From Octopus bimaculoides (lineage: Eukaryota), in the NCBI RefSeq assembly GCF_001194135.2, contig NC_069003.1, forward strand, positions 37,203,593-37,267,592: a DNA stretch of 64,000 nucleotides, given 5' to 3'. Made by a program: the position numbers and the translations under genes. This document shows, one piece after another, positions 25,207 to 37,500 of the stretch (its first letter is position 1; the number at the start of each line of letters is the position of its first letter). The notes below the pieces were generated by a model. It was not told the origin of the DNA. It saw only the letters and a program-made list of their open reading frames with translations, and made no database searches.

Positions 25207-28200
25207 NNNNNNNNNNNNNNNNNNNNNNNNNNNNNNNNNNNNNNNNNNNNNNNNNNNNNNNNNNNNNNNNNNNNNNNNNNNNNNNNNNNNNNNNNNNNNN
25301 NNNNNNNNNNNNNNNNNNNNNNNNNNNNNNNNNNNNNNNNNNNNNNNNNNNNNNNNNNNNNNNNNNNNNNNNNNNNNNNNNNNNNNNNNNNNNNNNNNNN
25401 NNNNNNNNNNNNNNNNNNNNNNNNNNNNNNNNNNNNNNNNNNNNNNNNNNNNNNNNNNNNNNNNNNNNNNNNNNNNNNNNNNNNNNNNNNNNNNNNNNNN
25501 NNNNNNNNNNNNNNNNNNNNNNNNNNNNNNNNNNNNNNNNNNNNNNNNNNNNNNNNNNNNNNNNNNNNNNNNNNNNNNNNNNNNNNNNNNNNNNNNNNNN
25601 NNNNNNNNNNNNNNNNNNNNNNNNNNNNNNNNNNNNNNNNNNNNNNNNNNNNNNNNNNNNNNNNNNNNNNNNNNNNNNNNNNNNNNNNNNNNNNNNNNNN
25701 NNNNNNNNNNNNNNNNNNNNNNNNNNNNNNNNNNNNNNNNNNNNNNNNNNNNNNNNNNNNNNNNNNNNNNNNNNNNNNNNNNNNNNNNNNNNNNNNNNNN
25801 NNNNNNNNNNNNNNNNNNNNNNNNNNNNNNNNNNNNNNNNNNNNNNNNNNNNNNNNNNNNNNNNNNNNNNNNNNNNNNNNNNNNNNNNNNNNNNNNNNNN
25901 NNNNNNNNNNNNNNNNNNNNNNNNNNNNNNNNNNNNNNNNNNNNNNNNNNNNNNNNNNNNNNNNNNNNNNNNNNNNNNNNNNNNNNNNNNNNNNNNNNNN
26001 NNNNNNNNNNNNNNNNNNNNNNNNNNNNNNNNNNNNNNNNNNNNNNNNNNNNNNNNNNNNNNNNNNNNNNNNNNNNNNNNNNNNNNNNGGGGGGGGGGGG
26101 TATTTTCCCCGAATAACTCCAGTGTTAACACCAGGGACTTGTCTCCTGTCTAAGAGTTGCTCACTTTTATTGAAAATAGAAGCATTTATTACATATAATT
26201 TGATTGGAAATATAGTCTGAATGGAATGCGTCTACAAAACTTGTTAGCTTGTCTAGTATTTCACTCGTATTACTACATTTTGGCGGAATATTTTTGAATT
26301 TACCGCACATTATGCGTGTGTGTAGATTCCTCTGTAAAATAGGGCGCTTTGTGAGGTCCTTTTAGTGCTGGTGCCGTAGGTAAATATATCATTTACACTG
26401 TAACGTGGTTGGCGATGGGACGAGCACCCCAGCTGTAGAAACTGAGCCTAAAATGACACATTCAAGCACCAGATAACGAATTAAGAACTCGGATCATGGC
26501 GACCCGTCTAACCCATGCCAGTATTTAAAGACAGACATGAAATTATGTGCGTATTTGCTAGTCAAATAACATCTGGGCTGGCTGTTTACTTAGCTCTTTC
26601 GTGTTGTTTGAGCATCCCAGTGAACAAAGGCATTGCGACGGTGGTGGTAACCTCTATTAATGTTTTGAGCTTGTGACGGCGATTTGGCTTCTATTTCCAG
26701 CAGCTCTAACGACCATACAATGTTTCCCTTATTGGATCTTATGTCGCAATGATGCGTGCTAGGGAGGCATTTCGTTCCACAACATTGGCAAATGCATGAA
26801 GGTTGTCACATAACTTCTCTCGTCTAAATCCATAAACTCGGGGGCAGAAAACGGAAGGGCCGTTCCGGGCGGCAATCTCGTTCTTCCTCCGCTTCATACC
26901 CTAAAAATTTGTGGCTTGACGACGGATCTCGAGTCGAGTGCATAATCAAATCTCTTTTGATGTCTCCTTCTTCTGACTTCAAATTCCTACTGTCTTAACC
27001 GGTGGGTGGATGCGTACACTGGATAATGTAGCTGTAGAGTCTACCACTGTTTGGAACAAAAATACGAAATGGTCACATCTGGAGGGTCTGCCAGAACATA
27101 GATGGGATGCTTAACAACAGCAACAACAATTAAAGCTGATGACATTTTTCTTGTAATGAACAGTTTCTTGTCAAGTTGGTCGTGGAATCACCGTGGCCGC
27201 CCTCCCTCCTTCGATCAGTGCGATCCGATCTTGAACTTTGTCCTTCAAAGCCTTGAAGCTTTTGTTATTTTCTGGGTCAGCTATTATCTAATGACGTCAG
27301 GCTGTGGTTAGCAGACATTTGGTTGGTATTTCTTGTGGGTAGGAACGACCACGTAGACGAATCTTCATTGGTTCGTGTTCTGAAGAAAGCTCTCTCTTTG
27401 AGGGATTCACCCTTTCCCCCAACCCCCTTCGTCAATAATCAAGACTAGCCACGTACCAAGCAAATGCACTTGTTATTCTTGCTGTCTTCCCTACTTGAGC
27501 TGGGCGGCTTGTATAGTAGTAGTAGTAGTGAGGCATTGAAGACGAGCAATGTCTTCACTGCTATGCTACGCTTTCGCAATATATCCCTTCATTGCAAGCT
27601 AAAAAGGGTTAGGGTGCCTCTTTACGCGACCACACGTTCTTCAGAGCCCGTTAAATCTAGTCGATCGGTCCTATGATCGGAGGACTTCCACCTGAGTGCA
27701 GGATGTGGTATGAGGACGATGTTGTTACTATTTCTAACAAACAGAATTACATAGTCTCCTCCTTGAGTGCATGACAACGGACCGAGAGAGGATTTCAGCT
27801 GGCTCCACTGACGGTGGAAAGCTCTGAAACACCTGATATTGGATAGCTTCTTTCTCACACCCCCAACAGGAATCGGTTTGCCAACTCATCACCCTAAAAG
27901 GGTTTAATTAATAGTTTTTTAAAATTCTCCCTTTTACACGATTTCAATTTACACGGAAGCAATCTCCTCGTAACCAGTTTTATTTAAAACAATGAGCTCG
28001 ACAATATATTTTTGGCATCTTTCAAAATTGACATGCTACTATGTATAATATTTCATCTCCGATTCGCTCTAGTAACGTTTATTGTATTTACATTTTATTG
28101 AACGAACGGTAACCTGGCCATCGTCCGTGGCCTAGTGGTTAGAAATAAAGTTTGCTAGTGTTCGAATCCAGTTGGAACTTGGTACACATCTTGGAATGGG

Positions 28201-28463
28201 GGAAAACCGATTGAAATGTAAAGCAGATGTTAAAATACTGGAACCATTTTTCATCTGTAACGGTCGAGAAGCTGGTCAAATTTTGTAACCTATGTATTTT
28301 TGTCTAACTAGCCAACGGGTTATATATATGTGTGTGTGTATGTATGTATACACACAATTTGGCAACTATAAGTAACAAGGGAGCGGCTAATTTTTCGTAG
28401 AAGTTGATTGCTTGCGAGAAACCACTTGTCTTGCTAATGTGAAAGTAAGGGAGCCCCCCCTCC

Positions 28464-28521
<58 letters not shown>

Positions 28522-31500
28522 ACTATGCTCAGCTTTTCTTTTTCTCTCCCATTTTCTCCCCCCTTTTTTGACTGCTGATGTTGTCATGAAGAAATAAATA
28601 TTATTCTAGCAGCAGCCTTGAACTTTCCACGTTTCATAAATCTTCTTTTATTTCGATTTTGACACGATGTTGTTCATAAACATTTCGATTTGGTTCCATC
28701 GTTGTGTAATGGTGTGTATCACTTCGACACACACCAACCAACTGAATAACAATTATAATTCTAGTTGCCCCGGATACGTTCTGAATGTGACCTGTAGCTA
28801 AAGACATTCTGACCGTGACGATTCCACCTTTATTTCAGATGAGATGGTCACTACTGCATTTAGGACTTTATTATTATTTAATGTATCCTTTTTTTTTTTT
28901 TTTTTTTACGACTGCAATGTGATTTGAGGGAGGTTTGGTTGCATTTTCTAGCACGTGGAGCGCATAAGTCGCCTTCGCTGTTGTTGATGTATTTATACAT
29001 CCGATAAATTATGAATACGTTTCTGTTTATGATTGCAGTAAGTGTCCGTCACCATTGTTTAGCTTCAGCTCCGTCCTTATCCGGTCTTTTTAGCATCTGT
29101 GAAAGGACGACACAGCTGATGCATTCCCTTATATATCTGACGGTGGATAGGGTGTGAAGGACATTGGAGAGTTGGCTGCTATGTCTAACTTTATCGGCGG
29201 CAGTGACGTGTGGTTATTGTGCTGTGAGCAACTGTGTTTGTTGTTAACTGGAAGTTCTGCTGTTGTTTGTGTCTTGTTTATTATCGGTAGGATAATAAAA
29301 TGGCAATGAAACCAGAGTCGCTCTCATTGATTAGAAAGGCAAGACGGCGGCGGGGGGGGGGGTAATAGTGATACTTGTTGCTGTTGAATAACTCTGATAG
29401 AACAAGCATAAACGTTGAAAGGCTTTTTGCTGTGACACACCATACACACTCAGGATCACATCGAATATGGTTCAGAAGAGATTTGGCTACTGTTCCTAGC
29501 ATATCATGCGACCGGTTAAAGCCTTTGTGGATGGTATAGCAATAGTAGTTCTTTTGTGATCAGTGGGGATGTGGTTATTGTTACCCAGCCCCAAGTCGGT
29601 TCTGACCGAGTGGGTCACTGGTGAAAGACGTTCCATCCATGAATATCTCGTCTTATTTCAAACAGACTATCCAGGATTATATTATTCCAAGATTTCCTTC
29701 CTTTAAGATTACAGGGAGAGATTTGGCTTTTATTTCTAGCAAGTCGAGTTACCTTGCATTGCTTAACCCACAAAGCTGATCTCAGACTAAACAGTCGGGG
29801 TCCAGTTTCAGACCTATAACGAAAAGCATTCCAGGTGCCCAAGATGATGAGGTGTGATTTGGCTGCTCTTTCTCACTGCATGAGAGACCATGGAGAGAGG
29901 TACTCTCGCATTGTTTCAGTGTCTATCAGAAATTACTGAAAGGATATCTTTTTATTTAAATGTGGGCAAGAGAGAAAAAGGGGTGCAGGTGGTATTATGC
30001 TATTTGTTTTGTTGTTTTATTTTAGTGCCCAAGATCTTTGCAGCCCCTCTTTGTCAAGTGAGGTTGATGTAGATGATGTTTGATGTTGAATTTCTGTGAA
30101 AAATGTGGGCAAGGAGAGAATCAAGGGTTCTCGCTTCAAAACCTTGTAACACAGTAAACACAGCAGCAGACCATGCTTGTTAAGAAGGGAATTGCCTTTT
30201 GTTTCTGTCCCCTGATTTTTCTGAGATGGTGTAGATTGGGAGGGTTCGGCTTCGGGTGGAATATTTCTTATATAGTCCAGTGGAGGGGGGGGGGGTGAAA
30301 TGTAGTCCCACTCATTCACTTACCGTCCTTACCATTCCTCTGGTTTTACTAACCAATGATGGAATTGTTTTTCACCTTTAGGATTGAGGCTGTCAGGAAT
30401 TCTATGACTCAAGGCCAGAGCTTTAACCCGGTTTCTCCTGCAGCACATCACACACACATTTACCTTTCTTTATTAAATTCCTGTATCTGCATTTGAAATA
30501 TATAACAGTATCTGTTAGGCCTCTTTGACAGGAAGACTGACCACAGTGAAGAGATGGCCAGTGGCCAAGTGGATGAGTTTAGTCAACACTCCCTTGTGGC
30601 AGTTTTTCTTCCTTTGTTTCTGCATAAAGGCTTTTGAGAAAGGCATGAACATCACTGAATTTCAATTCTTTTTCATCTGTATATCTGCAGTTCTGGTGCT
30701 TATAGAGAAATCCTAAATCAATAATTAAATTTGTTTATATTCACTGCCTTCCTTTTCAATATTGTTTTCCAAGCTGTTGTCACTTAAAATACATGATTGG
30801 GCTACAAGCAATTAGTGAAAAGAAACAATTTCCCCTCCCCAGCCCCACACTAATATATCTGTTGCTTTGTTAGTGTTACATGTCCCTAGTTGTGTCACCA
30901 TTTCATTAGCCTTACCTAGAAAGGTAAGGTAGGCATGGTTATACAATCAGTATTTTGTCACTTCCATTCTCTTCTCATGCAGTAGCTTGACTTGCTAGAA
31001 TTAGCAACCAAATCTCCTTCAGATCTTATCCTACTATCTTAAAAACAAAAGTATATACATCAAGTAATGTCCTATCATTGAGAGGCAGTAGGGATGGTCA
31101 TAACTGGAATGCCTTTGATCGTAGGTCTACTCAATCAGAGCTGACCAGAATAAATGGCAACACCAAATTTGAAATTCCTACCTCCACTTTCAAACTTCAT
31201 CTAGTTTTAATTAACACTTAAGTTAGTGAGAAATCTTTGGATATCAGACTCGATGTTTTTAAGCATGGCATGAAAGCTATTAGATAAACCCAAGCGCTAG
31301 AGATGGAACCTGTTAACAACTCAAACGAGCAAGTGCTCTTTCATTTCAGACGTATATGGGTGCTGCTTCCCTTTGTTTGGAACGGGGTGCAATGGTGAAC
31401 TTTCGTGCCTACCCCAATGGTATGCTAGAACTTTTAGTAGAAACATTGTGCTGTGAAGACCCAATAATGGCAACTGAGATACAAGAGTAGTTTGTGTTTG

Positions 31501-34500
31501 GACATAGACCATACTTATTTACCCCCCCCCCCCCTCCTCTCTTGGCAAGTATCTNNNNNNNNNNCCCCCCCCCCCCCCCCTCCTCTCTTGGCAAGTATCT
31601 ATCCCAACTGGGAACATTACCAGTTATGTTTAACTGGGAGGGAGTGGTGTCTTGCTAAGGAAGTATTATTGATAGTTTCCAGTTCATGCAGAGTCTAATA
31701 TTTTGGTCAAGATCCTTTCAAGGGGGTTAGCTTTTGTTATCAATAGTGTGGACATCAAAATGGGCATTTTTTGAGAAATTTTGAAATCACACTTATTTTA
31801 AAAAATACTATTGACACTGCCGTTATAGCAGCTAACCTGGCTACTGCTCAGAAAGGGTCTGCCATATGCTAAATAGCTCAGAGTGCGACATTTTATTAAT
31901 ATTGGATTGGCAGAATAATTCGGTGGTGTTGTGTATCTCTTCTGCATTGAAAATCATCCAAAGTCATTTAAGTCTTTCCTGCTTGATGCACTCAGTTGTT
32001 CCGTCTCGAGTTTCTGGTCTTTTGTCTTTGGTAAGTAAAATAATTCTTTAATATTGTTTTTAGGTAAAGATTGCTGAAAAAATGGAGGCCGAGGAGGAAA
32101 AATCTGTTGACACGGTCAAGGAAGAGTGTGCAAAGAAGGAGGAGGAGAGTGTAAAGTCGGACAGCGGTGAGGTTGTGGCTGAGAACAAGAATTCCAGTCA
32201 AGAAAATGAAGATGCTGTGAATGAGCAGGATGAAGAACCACAATGTAAGAGTTTCATTTTACTTCTTCAACTTTGGCTTCTATTTATTGAAGTCTCACTG
32301 GTTGGTGTCTTTTGCATCCTATGGCATCCAGTGTGGTGCAGTTGCACATCACTTGATGCAAACCAGACTGGAAATATAAAGTCGTGTTTGAGTTGGTATG
32401 TTGCTGCCAGATGAACTAAAGGCATTCCTATAGTAAATTCCACTTAGATACCCTTCCAGGATTGTTCAAGTAGCAACCGAATAGTGGATCACCATATTGA
32501 CTAATCCCTTATCCCATTCCCCTACCTCAAAACAAAGCTTAGCTCCTTCTGCCTGTGACAGAAATCATTATTTTAGCAGTGAGATTAACAAGGCTAAATG
32601 ACTGACCAGGGGTGAGGTAAGGTCTTTTATCTATACAGATATCACGAGTAATTTGTGAGTACCTTTCATTAATTTAGAGCAGTGATTTTTCAACCTGACA
32701 AAAAGCCATTTTCCTCTCCCTCTTTATTAAGGAGAAGACTAAAAGTTTTCCTTCACTCAATTCTTCTTTCTTCCCTTTGGTGTTGGATAGTCATCAACAT
32801 TTAATGTCTGTTTTCCTTGCTGGCATGGGTCGGTCAGCTTGACAGGAACTGGCACGGCCAGGAGAGCCACACCAGGTTTCATAGTCTATTTTGGCTGGAT
32901 TTGGTTTCTACAGCTCGATGCCCTAACCAGTTAATTTTAATTAACTCGACACAGTTTGTCCCCTGCTAATCTTCTCACCTTATAAGAAATAATACATTTG
33001 TTGTTTTCCGTCCCTTTCATTGGGGGGGGGGGGTGCTCCTATTTGGCTTTGTTGTGTGGTTAATTCTTTTTGTTGATTCTATCCTTCTTTCAATTCACAT
33101 CTCCTCTTTGGTTCTTTTTTGTTTATCCTTTACTTAATGTGAAATCCTCTTTTTGAATATTATTTCAGTGGGTCTGTTAGAACGGCCTGTTGTCATTGAA
33201 TCAGGTAAGCGGGAGAAGAAGAAAGTAGAAAGGCTAGAGATGTCAGTAACTTCAGCTAACGACAAGAAAAAAATCCTCATTCCAGAAGGCACAGGAGAGA
33301 AACTCGGTGACTGTCCCATCAGTGAGTAAAACCCTTTTCATTTCTTCACCCTTCGGCATTCGGATTAATTTATCAAATGTGAATTGATCACATATTGTCT
33401 TGTAGCTTTGAGATTTTGAAGATATGATTGTTTATTTTTAGACTGACATTGTAGGATAAGTGTGAGTAGTTGGTTCTGGCCAGATTCAATATAAGGCATG
33501 TAGAATATTTAAGCCGGACATGACCAGTTTAAATGCTAAAGGGTTAAAAGAATTTTCTCACCTGCCACCCACCTGACTGCCATGAGCAATATTTTTAGGT
33601 GCAGGAATGGCTGCAAGGTTAAGGGGTTCGTTTTGCAACCACATGCTTTCCTTTGCTATCATGAGGCATTAAAGATGAAAGCAAGGGTCTGTTAGAGTTG
33701 TGAGAGCTACAATGCTGTATGGTAGGGGAGGGGGGAGATGGCAATTTTGAGAAATGGGGGGGGGTGAGGCTGTTTGATAAAAGGAGGACTGAGGATTTGA
33801 TGGAATGCTGGGGTTGGAGGGATCAGTGGAATGGGTGGCATGGGCAAATGGAGTGAGGTGACTAAAACCTCCAAAGCAGGGCCTCAGTGTAACCTCAGTC
33901 CAGTGACTGGGACAAGCAAAAGAAAGAAAGATGGCCGTTTGCTTATTCCATTTACTGTGACTAAAGTGGGGCACCAGAATAACAGCAACCTCTCACATCA
34001 ACACCAACAAGGCTTTGCTCATCTTTTGATTTTGTAAGCCTTACCTATCTGTCACGCTTTTTTTTCTTTCTCTCTCTCTCTCCTTAGCTTTTGAGGAGAT
34101 TTTTGCTACGATATCAAGCAAGTTAGCACTAGTGTATTTTAATAAAATCAATTTTAACTTTCTCTCAAAACTTTCTATTTTCAGTTGAATACCAATTGAA
34201 TCGGGTAAAGGCAGAAAATCTGAAGATTATTCACCGTGCATTGTTTGACCGGCCAGGAGCGGTGAGGGCTTTCTTTCATTCCTTGTCGTTTCTTTATTTC
34301 TCTCCTATTGTTGTAACAGATGTTGGCATAACCATGGGGTTAAGCAGCTCACTTTACAATCCACAGGTCCTGAGCCTGATCTCACTAAACAGCCCCTTGG
34401 GCATGTGTCTTCTACCAGAGACTCCCTTGATGGGGAAATTTGGTCAGCAGAAACTGTATAGAAACTCATCGATGTGTGTGAGAGAGAAAATTGATCAGCC

Positions 34501-37500
34501 CGTTTATCTCCCCTTTCCTTAGCACTCTACCCTAGGTGTGTCCAATTGTCAAGAACGCCAAGCACCCTGGCCCTGCCCACTATCACTTTATTGTAATCAA
34601 TATCTCCTACAGTGAAGGAAACAACAGTGTCCTCCATCACCTTGAATCTCTCCCCCACCATTCGTGGCTCCTCGTACAGTTTCCATAAGGCCAGCCAGAT
34701 CCATTGTCGACCTACTCTCGCCCGTCATCCACCATTGAGCTTTTAAAGAAATTTGATGAAAGCAGTGTTGTTGTCCTCAGCATTAGAAAAGCTTTCGTGA
34801 TGGCTGGCATGTGAGACTCCCATCAAAAGCTACCGACCCCTGTGGCTTCCATTTCTTTCTCTTTGATTTGGAAAGGAGAGAAAATGATGGATAAAGATTG
34901 AAAAATTAAAATTGGATTCTCTGCTTTTTGTGTGTATTTAATATTGTTGTTCTTTTTCTTTCAGCTGGTTGAAATTAAACGTAATATTCGAAAATTCAAT
35001 GGATTTGATTTTGGAAAAGATGACAAACGATTTGACAAAAAAAGGGCTCTGTTAGCAAAGTATGTTCATTTCACATTTTAGATGTTGTTGTTGTTGTGTT
35101 GGTTTTCATTTGCTAGGAATGTATACAATGTTTGCTGTGTATCACCTCCTCTTTATGAACGTGATAGACAATAGTGATGTTAAGAGGGAGATTTGGGTGC
35201 TATTTCTAGCCGGCCAGTCGAATGTTGTAGGAATCCTCTTCTGCTTCAAACTTTTTTGTATAATCCTTTAGCATTTAAGCCAGCCATATCCATCCCAAAC
35301 ATTCTGTTTTGTACTCAAATTAGCCAGATCCAGCCTCTTACACCAACCCCCCATGCTTTTATTCTAGAAATAGAGAATCACATAATCGAAACATTGAACG
35401 TCTGTGACTAATTCAATTTAATGTGCATCAATAAATATTGCATTTGACAATGGCAGTTTATTAATGTCGGGATTCTGGCTATCGAACGAGTGAGGTCGTT
35501 GAATACAGAAGACTGGGAAGGGTTTGACGTAGGTAGGCCTTTGTCTTCTAAGAACGACGGAATGGTATCCGTTGTTAGTTGCTTTAGTTGTGAACCTTGC
35601 TTGGTCAGGAGTCAACTATGTTTAAATATCCTTCCAGAGCCTTGTTTTCAACTGGAAATAACTGTGAATAGTAATAATCCTTTCTACTATTGGCACAAGG
35701 CCTGAAATTTGCGGGGAGGTGGGGCCAGTTGATTTGATCGACACTTTAATGTGTTACATTAAATAAACACAACCTTCATTATTCATAAGACAATACTGAT
35801 GCTATATGCACAAGTCATTGGGGTTGTTTGCTGGCTTTATATGCCCCCCCCCCTCATGGCTTCATAACATATATGGTTTTATCACAATTATATTTTTTGG
35901 CCTAAAATCCTGTGTCAAACTTTTTCTCACGTATTTATTGTACAGGGCGGGAAATAAGCAGAATCAAGAGAGGGTTCGACAAATTGTCCTGCTGCATTGA
36001 GGTGTTCAAATCCCAGTCACATCAATTTTGCTTTTTATGTCCTCCTGAGATAATCACCAGCTGAATGTTGCACGATGATGACTACATCCATCCTTCAAAT
36101 TTGAGGCCTTCTTCCTAATGTTTCCACTGTGTGTTCATCTCTATGCTTTGGGGGTTTTTTTCAGTCTTGTAGTTGTTTTGTTGTGTTCAAATCTCTCTCT
36201 CTCTCTCGTTATAGTGTTTCATTCCTGCAACGCATTATTATAGGGATTTTTTCAATTATTTATTCATTCCAGGAACACTACGGCATCGCTGAGAAAAATA
36301 TGTGAAATTCTGGGGCTGGAAAGAGGAGGAGCAAAAGATGAAATACTCAATAAGATAATGGACTTCCTTGTGAAACCAAAGGATACAGGCAAAAGTGTTC
36401 CTAAACCGAAAAAGAAACGTTAGTGTTTTCCCTCTCCCTCCTTTTCCATTCTTTGTCCCCTTGCTGTCTGCCCACCTTTAATCTTATCTTTGCATCTCAC
36501 TCGCATCTGAAATATAAAAAGTGTTTCAATTGATATTGAAAGTAATCAAGAATTTGGAGGTTATTCGTTGTTTATATTTGTTATGCCTCCAGGCATGAAG
36601 GGGAGCAATAAAAGTTCACCCCTGCTGCCTATATGGGGCCGCACCTTGGCAGCCCATTATGCAGTTGTCACTTTCCTTTGTTGTGGTTTCGATTTTTGAC
36701 CTGGACAACATGTATCCTTGAGCAAAACACTTCATTTCACATTGCTCCGGTCCACTCTGCTAGCAAAAGTGAGTAACCCTGCGGTGGACTGGCATCCTGT
36801 CCAAGTGGAGAATTTATTCACCATGGCAACCAGGAAACAACCTTTTCAGCCTATTGGACTTGGAAAGGATCTTTATCCTGTGTCCTTTTATATGTATAAT
36901 TAATAAATGATGTTATTAGTTTCAAATTTAAATAAAAGTGACACTCAGAAAAAATATTTTAGTTAGAAGCATAAAAATGAAGGCTAAATTGGTGTCTGGA
37001 AGCATCCACTGTTCTATACTTGCATGGATGGAATTAATTGAGCCAGGTGTTCTACAGCTGGATACTCTTCCTGTTGCCAACCCTTGCCTGTTTCCCCAAT
37101 GGCCTAATATGTTCTCCACAGAATGTTTGAAATCACAAAAACTCAGAGGATTTGGGGTCAGCTGTTTGTCAATGGTTAACAGTCCATCCTGCAATGTTTT
37201 ATTGTTCATATTTGCTTTGAAGCATTGGTTGCGGCCTTTTCATTTTCCTTTTCTTTCTTCTCTTGGGTATCCATCACTTTTTCTGCAGGGAAATCTGGTG
37301 AAACCAAGTCAAAGAGCAAGCCCAAGAAAAACAAGAAGAAATCATCTAGTTCTCAAAAGAAGAAAGTGGTGTCGTCCGACTCCTCTGAGTCTGATTCTGA
37401 CGAGGAGGAGGAGGAAGAAGAAGAGGAACAAGAAGATGAAGAGAGTGAACAATCAGAAGAAAGTGAAGAAGAAGTAAAAGTAAGTTTTGTAGTTGTGCCA

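Noticed and set aside
28116-28172. Possible tRNA gene
   Set aside because: A- and B-boxes are too close together and there are no acceptor or anticodon stems; kept only as a remnant.
31516-31605. Direct repeat (C)n-tcctctcttggcaagtatct on both sides of a 10-N gap
   Set aside because: Typical overlap duplication at a scaffolding gap, so an assembly artefact.
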